Source: a virus. From it: a DNA stretch of 64,000 nucleotides. The stretch is taken from positions 32,001 through 96,000 of the IMG/VR virus record IMGVR_UViG_3300013132_000025. One strand, given 5' to 3'. Shown here in pieces: positions 29,232-39,373 of this stretch (its first letter is position 1; each line of letters opens with the position of its first letter). The notes under the pieces are model-generated. The model did not search any database. It was not told where the DNA came from and saw only the letters and a program-made list of their open reading frames with translations. The position numbers and the translations under genes were made by a program.

Positions 29232-32200
29232 TTATGTTCCCCAAATGCTGTGAATTCTATTATATAAACTCATGAATTCATCTAGCATTTCTGGCGGAAC
29301 TTTTTCTGCATTTGCAATAATAGAACTTAGTAAATACTCTTCAACCCTAAGATTTTCATCTTCAATACCCGTTTCTGCATTTTGTATAGTTATGTCTATA
29401 TCGTTCATTACTTCTTCTAACCATTCAGGATTGTAATGTATTGCATCAGCGGGAACTCCACCATTTACAGCAACCGAGCCTATTAAATTTTTACTTGCCT
29501 TGACATTTTTAGGAGTATCTAAATGAGAATGTTCGTGCATCCAATCTCCAAGCGTACTGCCTTGATGTTGTTCTTGTTCAAAAGGTGGACTTTTAATATT
29601 TTTAAAATCTATTAAGTGAGAATAATTATTGTTATACCCATAAACTGGAAATAAATCTTCATCCGGGGCTAGCGTAGAGGGATCTACTTTAGACATATCA
29701 ACTCTTAACGCAGGTTTTCTTGATTTTGAATAAAAATCTTTTTTTCCTATATAAACATGATCTGGCCTTGATGTAAGCCAGTCATCGTACTCTGCAATCC
29801 CCGTTTGTTCCTTTGGTAAAATTCCATTCTTAAATATAGAATCTATGACGGGGATATGTTCTATCCACCCATCCTTACTTCTTGCTGCCGAAACGTCATG
29901 ATACATATATGGGTCTTCAGCAAACAATTCTTTTGCTTGTTGTTCATTTAATACAGATCTTTTCTTAAAGTTGCGTACTTTGTGTGTTTTTAGCGGTCCA
30001 TATTTACGAACAGACTTCTGATGATCTTTTAGAGATGTTTGAAATTTGGGATGAACTTTTCTTTTATTCTTGTTTGCAATCTTCCATTTAGATTGTCTTT
30101 CCCATTCATTCCATCGAAACGGTTGCTTACCTTTAGCCGCAAACCATTTGTCCCAATATTTTCTATATTCGGGTTTAGGTAAATCATTATGTCTTCCTAA
30201 TATTGGACTATCAAAGCCTGTTGCGCCTCCAGAATCATAGGTTGCGTGAGGTAAGTTTTCGGGGTCTCTCAAAGAATAAATTGCCTTATCATCTCTTCTT
30301 ATTTCTTTATCAAAATAATCTTCCCACGGGAAATCGTGGTGTCTTTCAATTGAAAAGTTTGGGTCTATACTAGCAGCAACATCGCAATATGGTGGTGGCC
30401 ACTCTCCTTCTGGAGTCATACAATTGCTCATCAAAGTTCCCTCTCTATGAGCATCACCTATTGTATTTAATTTGCGAATAGTCCACCCATCGTCAAATGT
30501 GTGAACAATATCCGAAGTATCTGTATAATTTTCATCTAAATCTTTAGCATCTTGCAAAAGACGAGTTTTTGTTTTTCTTGCAATCTTCCATTTTCCAATT
30601 TTACTTAACTCAAAATCTTCTTTATTGCTTGGTAATGCTGGATTTGCATTTCCCTCTGCATCAGAAAAGAGATAAATGCCATTGAGGGGATACCCAGACC
30701 GATCAGCGGCTTCTTGCCAATAATCTCGGTAATGTTCGTGTGGGTGCTGGAAATCTTCTACTCCACCAGCAGTTTCTGTGTAGCCAAATCTTTCATACTC
30801 GCTTGGAGTTGAAAGGTGCAACAATTCATTAGTTTCTGGATTATAAAGACCGCGCCAACCTTGAGATGGCTCAAATATTTTATATAAACTTTTTGGAGTT
30901 TCCATTTCTCCGTGGTAAGTTGTCCATTTCGGGCCGACAACCATATCGCCCTCTGGGGTTATCCCTGCGGCATGAAAACCTTCCACCCAATGAGAACGCT
31001 TCTTCCATTTAGATTCTTTTGTTTCCCACCCATTGTAAAACGCATTGTCTTCGAAACCCTTTACTTTTTCTTTAACAGGAATTCCTATCATATGAGGAGG
31101 AAAATGTGGTGGAATATAAAGATTTCCTAAAGCATCTGTTTGATTTCCTTGCCAATATGCAGGCAGTTCTTTAAAGTGTGTTTTGCCGTAGCCGCGAATA
31201 CCTCTAGCGGGAATCCATTCCATTCCTAATTTTTTTGCAACTTGAACTCTATGATTTCCTTCTGCAATATAGGCCGTATTAGTATCTTTATTAAATTCAA
31301 CAATAATTGGTTCTAGAAATCCATGTTCGGAGATATGTTTTGTAAGATTATTAATATTTTCTCTTTCATAATCTTCTTTGCCTCTTTCAAAGTCCAACAT
31401 TTGCATTGCAACATCTACAGGAATTTCTTCAACAGCCTTTGTTTCAAAGTATCGGGAGGGTTCTGTGTTTTCTAAATCCCAAAGGCCTATTGCAATTTTT
31501 TTCCACTTAGATTCTTTATATCCAACAGGTTGAATAATTAAATCGTATGGGTGTTTGCCATGATCAAAGTGAAAGGACCAACGCTTTTTCTCTTTATATA
31601 ATTTAAGATCTTCTAAAGCGTGCCCATCTTGTTCTTTTGCTTCTGAATCAATCTTTTTATTGTCGTGGGGATTCTTTTTATTTATATATCCATTTTTAAG
31701 TTGCTTTAGCCATTTGACGGTTTGCTTTTTAACTTCTTCCCACGTTCCTGTTGTAATAATATCGTGGCCCAACTCTCCATCAAGGACGGCTTCCCATGCA
31801 TCTTTTTTAGATACTTTCCATTTAGATTCTTTAAATGAAGCCCATTGATCCCAAGGATGGTTAATGCCGTATTGATCAAAAAAAACTTTCCAATATGGGA
31901 CGTATTCATCTTTTATATCAGAATTGTGTCTTCCTAAAGGTGGATTTTCTGGATTTTCTGGATCATACCGATATTCATCATCTTGCCAATCGGCATTATA
32001 CGTTGCGTGAGGTAAATTATTTTCATCTCTTAATGAAAAGAAATGACCTTCATTACCTATTGAAGATTTAAATTCTTCTTTCCAAAACTCGGGATCTTCT
32101 TCAATTTCCGGGGAATCATTCCAGCCTCTATATGGTCCAAAATCACTATTACAACTTAAACAGTTGTCCATTAACTCACCTTCTCGGTGCATATCTCCAA

Positions 32201-35200
32201 TAGTTTTTAATTCTTTAATCGTCCATCCATTCTCAAAAGTGTGAACAATTTCAGAAGTATCTTCTGGAAGTTGAGAAGCGCGTTCTAATCTTTTCTTTTT
32301 TGTTTCTCCCGATGTTTTTGGTTGACCGAATGTTTTCCATAAATCAGCAACTCTCTTCATATCTTCAATAATTCCTTCTTTAAGCAAAGGATCGTTTGGA
32401 ATGATATGCAAATCTGTAAGATTTCCCCAATCGGGATATTTTTCTGAAATGTAATCAAATTGATGTAAAATATCTTCTTTGTCTGTGTCGGTAAGGTTAA
32501 ATTCTTTTTCTTGTCCATTTTGTATGTTTTTTACATAATTAGACAAAGGTTGGTCAAGATCTTCTGGGAGTAACCAATCCGCTAATTCTAATAGGGCATC
32601 GTTCCAGAATTTTTCAATTGCTTGATCTTTTAATAATCTTTCTGTTTTTGCTCTCTGCTCTGGATTTCCAGTTGTTGGTTTAACCAAATTAAAATCTTCT
32701 TTTTTATTTCGGTTCAGCCACCCTAAATTTTTGTCATCTTCTGGGTTATAGTTTGGTTTTGAATAAAGTAAAGAAAAATCATTAATTGGAATTTGAGACT
32801 TTTCTGCGGCTTTTTTCCAAGCGTTTTGATGAAGTTCTGGATTCACCGCCTCATGTGTAAAGAGATATTCGGGTCTTTCATTAAATTTTCCTTCAATAGA
32901 ATTAGCATATTCCGTTGGAGAGGTCATATGAATCAATTCGCCAGTATCGTGATTGTAAAGGCCACGATAGACTGGGTAGCCCCCAGTTTGCCAGTGATTA
33001 ACTTTCCAATTAACGTCTTCATCGTGATATTCCGCTTTTTCGCCACCTTTGGGAACAACTTCCATTTCACCATTTTGATTTATGATTGCGGAGTGAAATC
33101 CTGAAATCCAATGTGATTTTTTCTTCCACTTAGACTCTTTTGGCATAAACTCTTCTGGGTCAGTTAAATCAAAGTCTTCTTTGTCATTTAACGGATTACT
33201 CCAGTGCTTGGGCGGTGGTTCGTCTTCCCCACCTTCCGCTTGTTTGCCGTACAGTAATTTAAAGTCATTAACTGGGATATTTGACTGTTTAGCAGCATCT
33301 CTCCAGAAGGTTTCATGTTCTAAAGGATTGACTGCCTCTTCTTTATCTAAGTATTCCCAACCTGTGCCGCGAAGTTTTTCATGCTCTTTTGGAGAAGTCA
33401 TGTGAATCAACTCTCCAGTTTTGTGATTATAGAGGCCGCGATATTCAGGACGCCCACCGATATCCCAATGAGTTTTATACCAAGGAGAGTCGTCTTCTTC
33501 TATAAAAAAATTCCCTTCACTATCTACAGTTTTCTTCATAGTTGGAGAAGCGACTTCCATTTCCCCATGCTGGTTAATAATTGCTGCATGAAATCCATTT
33601 ATCCAATGCGCGGTTTTTATATTAAAATCTGTTTCATCATTCTGTTGAGAATAGTTTTTTCTCGGCTGATTTCTATCAGCATACATAAATCTTACAGAAC
33701 TAACCGGAATTCCCGCTTCTTTTGCAGCATTCATCCATACATCTTTGTGTCCTTCTGGATTAACTGCCTCTTCTTCAAAAGGATATTCTGGCCTATTGTT
33801 TTCTGCAAAATTATACCATTCACCCTCTCCTCCAGTAATTTTATGATATTCCTCTGGAGAAGTCATATGAATAAGATCTTTAGTCTCTGGGTTATATAAG
33901 CCGCGCCAATTTGGAAATCCTCCAATATCCCAGTGAGTGTCATTCCATTCTTTTGTTGGCTCATCATCATCTTCGTCATCATAATAAATACGATCAGGAT
34001 CAGATTGTGCAATTTCCATCTGACCATGCTGGTTGATGATTGCAGCATTGTATCCCCTTATCCAGTGAGAAGTTTTTACACTTCCAGTTTTAGTATCATA
34101 ACCCCCATGCTCTCTTTCCCAAGAATTTAAAGGACGTTTTCTTTCATAAATTCTTCTTGCCCTCTGGACTTCTTCTGGCATTTCTAAATCGGCAATATTT
34201 AGATCTTCTAAATGACCTGTTTGATTATTGAGAACACGAATAGAATCTAGTTCTATTCCGGTTTGTTCTGCTAACTGTTTCCAAAATGCTTCCATCCTGT
34301 CTCGCTCATCCTGATCCAAACTCTTAAAGTTGTAATCAGTTTCATCCCAAAAGTCTGGATGAGACATATGGATAAAATCTTTTGTTACTGGATTATAAAG
34401 GCCTCTTGCTGTATGATGATTATAATAGTGAGTGCGACTATCTTTATCTGCAACAGATTCTCTCATGGATTTTGTGCCAAGATCGTTTATATATTCAGCA
34501 GTAACGCCGCCATGAGTTAGTTTGTCATTGAAGCCCACATCCATATGCCACACATCTGTTTCTGGGTCTCTAAGAGCGACGGCTGCGTGATATCCATCTA
34601 CCCAGTAAGATAGTTTAGACATATAATCTAGGGCCATTACAACGGCTGCTTTTTCAGAAAACCCACTTTTTATTAAAGATTTTTCTATTTTTTCTTGAAA
34701 ATCTATTTTTTCTGAAAAAGAACGTTTTTCCGTTAAAAACTTAGAATTAGCAAATTTTATTTCGATATCGTCTTCTCCATCCCAATTGTCCCAATCTTTT
34801 TGCTTTGGAGAAGAGTTATCAAATAATTGTAATTGTTGCGGTTTTTCTTTTTCATCAATAAGATTTACAAGTTCTGGATCTATTTTTTCATTAAACATAA
34901 CAACATCTTTATCTTCAGCATCTTTAGGGTGATACATTAATGAAAAACGTTTAATTGGAATTTCAGATTTAGAATTTTTAGCAGCATTTAACCAAGTTTG
35001 TTGATGTTCTTCCAACGAGGAATCAAAATTATTTTTTCCTGTAATATATTCAGGAATAACAATCTTTCCATTTTTTAATCTTTTTGCCCATTCTTTTTTT
35101 ACTTTTTCATATTCTGATGGGTTTGTCATATGGATTAGATGACCTGTTGTTGGATTATAAAGACCACGGTGGGTGTATGGAGCAAAAACATCTCCATGGA

Positions 35201-38200
35201 TAACTCTTTCATTTTTTCCATATTTCATAACCGGATAACCTAACGGGCTATCATAGATAACAGCAGAATGATATCCATCTAAATAATTAGATTTTTTCTC
35301 AGGCAGACCCTTACTACTTTGCCCTTTAACGTATTCACAGGCTTGGGCGCGAATCATCCCTTCCGGTGGTTCTATTGATCCATTGCAAATGCCTTGCATA
35401 TAGCGGTACTGCGCTTTACTTCTTGCCGGGGCTTCTTTTTTTATCCACTTAGATTTTTTATTCCACGGAACGGGATCACTATCTAATACTATTTTGAACC
35501 CGGTTGATGGTATTCCACTTTTTTCAATTCCCTCTTTCCAGTCGTTCATAATTGGTTGAAAATTTTGTTTAATATCATAGTGCCATCCGGTTGATCCAAA
35601 GTTATTCCAATCTGGGTGAGTAAGGTGTTCTATTACTCCAGTTGGAGGATGATATATCCCTCTCATAACGTGGCCTAGATATCCATTACCAAAAATTCCA
35701 TCGTCGCCCTGCAATTCATCATGTGTCTTTTTTATTTCTGGATTTTCATCAAGCACTTGTTGCATTAATTGATAATGCTCATACAGATTGCCCTTATCGT
35801 CCCACCCACCTTCTCCATTTGCTGTACCATCATCTGTTTTAGCAATCCACTCTCCCGTTATTGGATCCCTGACATTAACAATTGCAACTTTATCATTCCA
35901 ATACTCTTCATAATCTTCGTTTTTATTGTTTGCTATTTCCCATTTAGACTGTTTTAAACTAGGGTCTATGGTGTATCCACCAGTCATTCCGGGGTTCAAA
36001 CTAGTTAGATTTTGTTGAGGACTTGTGTGATATAATTTAATAGAAGAAATTTTCCACTTAGATTCTACAGATGGCAATGGCAATCTTCTTTTTGAACCAT
36101 GATCTTCATAATATTTATCAATAATAGATTTAACATCTTCATCAACATCTTTATTTGCCATAGAAAAGTTAATCCAACGAGGTTTATAGACTGGATCAGA
36201 TTTTTCAATAAGAGGATATTTTCTCATGAAATCGGCAAATTTGTTTGCATCTATTTCCATAGGATGTTCAAGATAGTTTTCTTTAAATTTTCTTTCTACT
36301 TCTTCGTCAGAAAGCCCAGAGATATCTGTAGGATCAAAGTAAGAATCTCTTAACTCTTGTGTAAATCGGCCCTCTTGATCCTGATAGGCATGTTGAAGTT
36401 CGTGCCACAGGGCTTCGTTAGCAGACTCAGCAGAGATTAGGGGATTGATGTGAATACTTCCTGCGTTATTTGAGGTAGCCGCTTCGTGGGTGCCCAAAGG
36501 AGTTCTCCTCCAATGTCTCATACTTATGTCATCAGTTGGGGCACTCTTGGGGTCAACTGTAAAAACATTATATCTTCCCTTGACTGGGAAATCTGGATGA
36601 TTAAGAACCTTTTCAAGATTTTTGTAATTTAGTTTCCAGCGGTGTCCTCTTACCTCTGGGTTCCATTTATATCTTTCTTCTAGATATTCTTGAGTTGGCT
36701 CTTCTGATTTTTCATAACCTTTTGCATATTCTTCTGCTTTTTCTGCTGGAGGAACAGCAATCTTCCATTTAGAAAGCGAAACAAAATCTTGTTTTTGAGC
36801 CTTTTCTTTTAACTTTTGATTAATAATATGAGCGTTAATTGGCTTAGGCAATTCATCTTTTATCCATCTCAACACTGCTAATGAAAGTCTAGGATATCTT
36901 TTATTAAAATTATTTACAGTTTCTTGCTTATAACGACTGGGTGATATTGCGTGACCCTTCTCATCTAAGTGACTTAAATATATCTCTGCACCAGCGTCAA
37001 AATAACCATCATATGTATTATCTCTTGGTTCATTATAATGAATACTATTTAAATATGTTGGATATCTATGTTCTCCATAATCTGCTTCTAAAGATTCTTC
37101 TGAATGCCCCGCAATCCTGTCATCGTTTGAATGGTACTCAAAAGAATTTGGTCCATTAAGAACATATTGCATTCCATACACAATTTGATTAGTTTCTGGA
37201 TCATAAAAATGAATAGTATGGTAAGTTGTATGGTCAGAGAAACTATTATGTCCAAAATCTTTAACTTCAGTTAGGGAGCGAGTATCTGAATCGCTCCCCA
37301 TTCTTGCTATTGGAATAACACCATATCTAGAAAATTCAGGAACAATATCGTTAATAATTCTGTAATTTTGTGGAATTTTATATTGTTCTATATTTCTTAC
37401 ATCTATAGGTTTTGCTCTTTCTGTTGAAACAATAACCCAAGACTGTTTTTCCATTTGATTTATTAGTTTAGAGTAGAAACCCCAGCCCCCAATAGGATCT
37501 TTATATGTATCTGGTTGAGGGTTGTTCTTACGACGAACTTTTTTCCATTTCTTGCCGTTAACAATAATCTCTTCATCTTCATGCTCTTGAGATGTATCTT
37601 CATTTTGAATAGATTCAAAAATTGTTTCAGCAACGGGAGTGCCATCTGTGTGTTGGCGATACATCCTATTAGCATCTTGACTTTCTGATATTTTCCATTT
37701 TGAATTTGTTAAAAGACCTTTTCTTTTTGCAACTTCTTCTATTTTTTTATTTGCAAATTCAGCAGAATATGGAGCAGGAAGATTTTTTTGAATCCATGTA
37801 AGGATTCTTCTTCCGGCATTAGGATAAAGATTCTGTATTTCATACATCCTTTCAAAATCTTCATTTGAAAGGTCATGTTTATCTTTTCCAAACTCATGCA
37901 AATAAAAAGAGTCTCCTCTAAAGTAACGTTTTGGTCCTTTACTATAACCAATATCTACCATTGCAGGATGATGCATTTTAATTGCATTGATATAGGTGCC
38001 ACCTTCTTTTACCTCTCCAGAATGGGTTTCTCCGTTTCCACCCTTATATTCAAGACTAAATGGGATATCTCCCCTTTCAGGATCCCAAAAAGCAATGATA
38101 TGTGATGGAGAATTTGTTGACATTGGATTTATTGGTTCATTATAAGAAACATCATGAGGAGCATTTATTGTTCTTGTTGCGTTTGCGGAAGCAACTGGAA

Positions 38201-38882
38201 TCAGTCCCGTGCCCTTAAAATGATCTACCATAGAAGAAATTACAGCAAAAGATTCTGGAATATCTATATTAGAAATCTTTCGCTTAGATTGCTTAAATGG
38301 CCCATAAAGTGCCCTCTGCATCAATTGTGCCTGAGTAGGGATTGGCGTATCTTTGTTTGCGGCTGCCAACCCTTCATGCAATCCCGGAATAAACCCAACT
38401 CTTTGATCGGTAAATCTTCCACGATGAATAGCATATCCTGTTTGCCCAAGGCACTCTGTTGCTAGAGCCTTTTGCGCGTGAGGACTTGATAGAGCAAAAT
38501 GAGTTGAGCAGGCATCATTCTCTCCATGCCAGCCAAAGTCGCCATCAGTTGCTGCGTGACCAAAAACATCATGAACAATCCTGAAGTTAATATTATCTTG
38601 GGGAGTCCAAACTGGATGATCTGCGTTTGCTGTAGAAACAACAAAATTTCTGTTGTCTCGGATATCACGAATCATATCCGCAGAAGTATTATAAGGTTCT
38701 GGATTATCTGTTTCCGTTATGTTTAGGTGTTGCCTAATATAATCAGCATGTTTTTTTGACTCGTCTGCCAATTGTTTCCAAGCGTGAACCGCTTTGGGAT
38801 CATACTTTGGCAAAGCGTCATATCCAACAGCCACATCTTCAATATTGTGGCGAGAGTGATCCATATTCCATTGCATAAACAA
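29232..38882 (-). CDS. Giant 3216-aa multidomain (polyvalent) protein, probable virion-internal polyprotein
   Basis: HDVFGH domain, HELQH zincin, seven RG(L/I)Y(N/H) repeats, two PcfJ-like domains (EG.LM.NC..SLRD..NLPHAT), ParB/Srx-like (EGNHR), C-terminal ADP-ribosyltransferase-like (MYH..SIFKNGILP..VYIG); recurring SKWK linkers. Confidence 0.8.
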   Translation of the reverse strand: MFMQWNMDHSRHNIEDVAVGYDALPKYDPKAVHAWKQLADESKKHADYIRQHLNITETDNPEPYNTSADMIRDIRDNRNFVVSTANADHPVWTPQDNINFRIVHDVFGHAATDGDFGWHGENDACSTHFALSSPHAQKALATECLGQTGYAIHRGRFTDQRVGFIPGLHEGLAAANKDTPIPTQAQLMQRALYGPFKQSKRKISNIDIPESFAVISSMVDHFKGTGLIPVASANATRTINAPHDVSYNEPINPMSTNSPSHIIAFWDPERGDIPFSLEYKGGNGETHSGEVKEGGTYINAIKMHHPAMVDIGYSKGPKRYFRGDSFYLHEFGKDKHDLSNEDFERMYEIQNLYPNAGRRILTWIQKNLPAPYSAEFANKKIEEVAKRKGLLTNSKWKISESQDANRMYRQHTDGTPVAETIFESIQNEDTSQEHEDEEIIVNGKKWKKVRRKNNPQPDTYKDPIGGWGFYSKLINQMEKQSWVIVSTERAKPIDVRNIEQYKIPQNYRIINDIVPEFSRYGVIPIARMGSDSDTRSLTEVKDFGHNSFSDHTTYHTIHFYDPETNQIVYGMQYVLNGPNSFEYHSNDDRIAGHSEESLEADYGEHRYPTYLNSIHYNEPRDNTYDGYFDAGAEIYLSHLDEKGHAISPSRYKQETVNNFNKRYPRLSLAVLRWIKDELPKPINAHIINQKLKEKAQKQDFVSLSKWKIAVPPAEKAEEYAKGYEKSEEPTQEYLEERYKWNPEVRGHRWKLNYKNLEKVLNHPDFPVKGRYNVFTVDPKSAPTDDISMRHWRRTPLGTHEAATSNNAGSIHINPLISAESANEALWHELQHAYQDQEGRFTQELRDSYFDPTDISGLSDEEVERKFKENYLEHPMEIDANKFADFMRKYPLIEKSDPVYKPRWINFSMANKDVDEDVKSIIDKYYEDHGSKRRLPLPSVESKWKISSIKLYHTSPQQNLTSLNPGMTGGYTIDPSLKQSKWEIANNKNEDYEEYWNDKVAIVNVRDPITGEWIAKTDDGTANGEGGWDDKGNLYEHYQLMQQVLDENPEIKKTHDELQGDDGIFGNGYLGHVMRGIYHPPTGVIEHLTHPDWNNFGSTGWHYDIKQNFQPIMNDWKEGIEKSGIPSTGFKIVLDSDPVPWNKKSKWIKKEAPARSKAQYRYMQGICNGSIEPPEGMIRAQACEYVKGQSSKGLPEKKSNYLDGYHSAVIYDSPLGYPVMKYGKNERVIHGDVFAPYTHRGLYNPTTGHLIHMTNPSEYEKVKKEWAKRLKNGKIVIPEYITGKNNFDSSLEEHQQTWLNAAKNSKSEIPIKRFSLMYHPKDAEDKDVVMFNEKIDPELVNLIDEKEKPQQLQLFDNSSPKQKDWDNWDGEDDIEIKFANSKFLTEKRSFSEKIDFQEKIEKSLIKSGFSEKAAVVMALDYMSKLSYWVDGYHAAVALRDPETDVWHMDVGFNDKLTHGGVTAEYINDLGTKSMRESVADKDSRTHYYNHHTARGLYNPVTKDFIHMSHPDFWDETDYNFKSLDQDERDRMEAFWKQLAEQTGIELDSIRVLNNQTGHLEDLNIADLEMPEEVQRARRIYERKRPLNSWEREHGGYDTKTGSVKTSHWIRGYNAAIINQHGQMEIAQSDPDRIYYDDEDDDEPTKEWNDTHWDIGGFPNWRGLYNPETKDLIHMTSPEEYHKITGGEGEWYNFAENNRPEYPFEEEAVNPEGHKDVWMNAAKEAGIPVSSVRFMYADRNQPRKNYSQQNDETDFNIKTAHWINGFHAAIINQHGEMEVASPTMKKTVDSEGNFFIEEDDSPWYKTHWDIGGRPEYRGLYNHKTGELIHMTSPKEHEKLRGTGWEYLDKEEAVNPLEHETFWRDAAKQSNIPVNDFKLLYGKQAEGGEDEPPPKHWSNPLNDKEDFDLTDPEEFMPKESKWKKKSHWISGFHSAIINQNGEMEVVPKGGEKAEYHDEDVNWKVNHWQTGGYPVYRGLYNHDTGELIHMTSPTEYANSIEGKFNERPEYLFTHEAVNPELHQNAWKKAAEKSQIPINDFSLLYSKPNYNPEDDKNLGWLNRNKKEDFNLVKPTTGNPEQRAKTERLLKDQAIEKFWNDALLELADWLLPEDLDQPLSNYVKNIQNGQEKEFNLTDTDKEDILHQFDYISEKYPDWGNLTDLHIIPNDPLLKEGIIEDMKRVADLWKTFGQPKTSGETKKKRLERASQLPEDTSEIVHTFENGWTIKELKTIGDMHREGELMDNCLSCNSDFGPYRGWNDSPEIEEDPEFWKEEFKSSIGNEGHFFSLRDENNLPHATYNADWQDDEYRYDPENPENPPLGRHNSDIKDEYVPYWKVFFDQYGINHPWDQWASFKESKWKVSKKDAWEAVLDGELGHDIITTGTWEEVKKQTVKWLKQLKNGYINKKNPHDNKKIDSEAKEQDGHALEDLKLYKEKKRWSFHFDHGKHPYDLIIQPVGYKESKWKKIAIGLWDLENTEPSRYFETKAVEEIPVDVAMQMLDFERGKEDYERENINNLTKHISEHGFLEPIIVEFNKDTNTAYIAEGNHRVQVAKKLGMEWIPARGIRGYGKTHFKELPAYWQGNQTDALGNLYIPPHFPPHMIGIPVKEKVKGFEDNAFYNGWETKESKWKKRSHWVEGFHAAGITPEGDMVVGPKWTTYHGEMETPKSLYKIFEPSQGWRGLYNPETNELLHLSTPSEYERFGYTETAGGVEDFQHPHEHYRDYWQEAADRSGYPLNGIYLFSDAEGNANPALPSNKEDFELSKIGKWKIARKTKTRLLQDAKDLDENYTDTSDIVHTFDDGWTIRKLNTIGDAHREGTLMSNCMTPEGEWPPPYCDVAASIDPNFSIERHHDFPWEDYFDKEIRRDDKAIYSLRDPENLPHATYDSGGATGFDSPILGRHNDLPKPEYRKYWDKWFAAKGKQPFRWNEWERQSKWKIANKNKRKVHPKFQTSLKDHQKSVRKYGPLKTHKVRNFKKRSVLNEQQAKELFAEDPYMYHDVSAARSKDGWIEHIPVIDSIFKNGILPKEQTGIAEYDDWLTSRPDHVYIGKKDFYSKSRKPALRVDMSKVDPSTLAPDEDLFPVYGYNNNYSHLIDFKNIKSPPFEQEQHQGSTLGDWMHEHSHLDTPKNVKASKNLIGSVAVNGGVPADAIHYNPEWLEEVMNDIDITIQNAETGIEDENLRVEEYLLSSIIANAEKVPPEMLDEFMSLYNRIHSIWGT

Positions 38883-38922
38883 AAGCCCCCAGACCTATAC
38901 ATATATTATGGTCTGAGGGCTT
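38883..38922 (-). terminator. Hairpin between glycosylase gene and giant ORF
   Basis: AAGCCCCCAGACC...GGTCTGAGGGCTT imperfect inverted repeat followed by TTTT on the minus strand; overlaps where the RBS of the giant ORF would be. Confidence 0.5.
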
Positions 38923-38929
38923 ATATTTA

Positions 38930-39364
38930 TTAGGCCAAAACTAGATCTTGAACAGGCCAAACATATTCCAGATCGTTAGGCGTATCGGGCCAGAACTGAC
39001 TATAGTAATAAAAGTCCTTGCGGAGCAAATTTGACTTATGAGAATTGTGGAAGTCGTCATTACCGAGCCACGGAGGGAGTTCTACAATATTGTTGCTTAC
39101 GCGCTCGCGGAACCACGGTAGTTGTGTGTCGTTATAGCCGCGCTCAATCCACTCAATGCAGATAACCGCACCATAGTAAGCAAGAGCAGTTTCGTAACCA
39201 CGCCACATATTAACAGCAGGATGATTGCGCCAACCTTTAGCCTCATCGCCACGATCAATAGTGAGAAGAACTTGCTTCGCTTCGACACGCTGCTTGCCTA
39301 GCCTACGCCAGTCAAGAACTGATGCTGTTTCATAAAAGTCTGAATATGGAAGGAAAGTTTGCAT
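38930..39364 (-). CDS. Pyrimidine-dimer DNA glycosylase/endonuclease V-like (MSMEG_6728-type) protein
   Basis: MQTFLPY..LD.RRLGKQRVE..GWRNHPAVNMWRG..PPWLG..HNSHKSNLLRKD..YVWP. Confidence 0.85.
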   Translation of the reverse strand: MQTFLPYSDFYETASVLDWRRLGKQRVEAKQVLLTIDRGDEAKGWRNHPAVNMWRGYETALAYYGAVICIEWIERGYNDTQLPWFRERVSNNIVELPPWLGNDDFHNSHKSNLLRKDFYYYSQFWPDTPNDLEYVWPVQDLVLA

Positions 39365-39373
39365 ATATGTATC

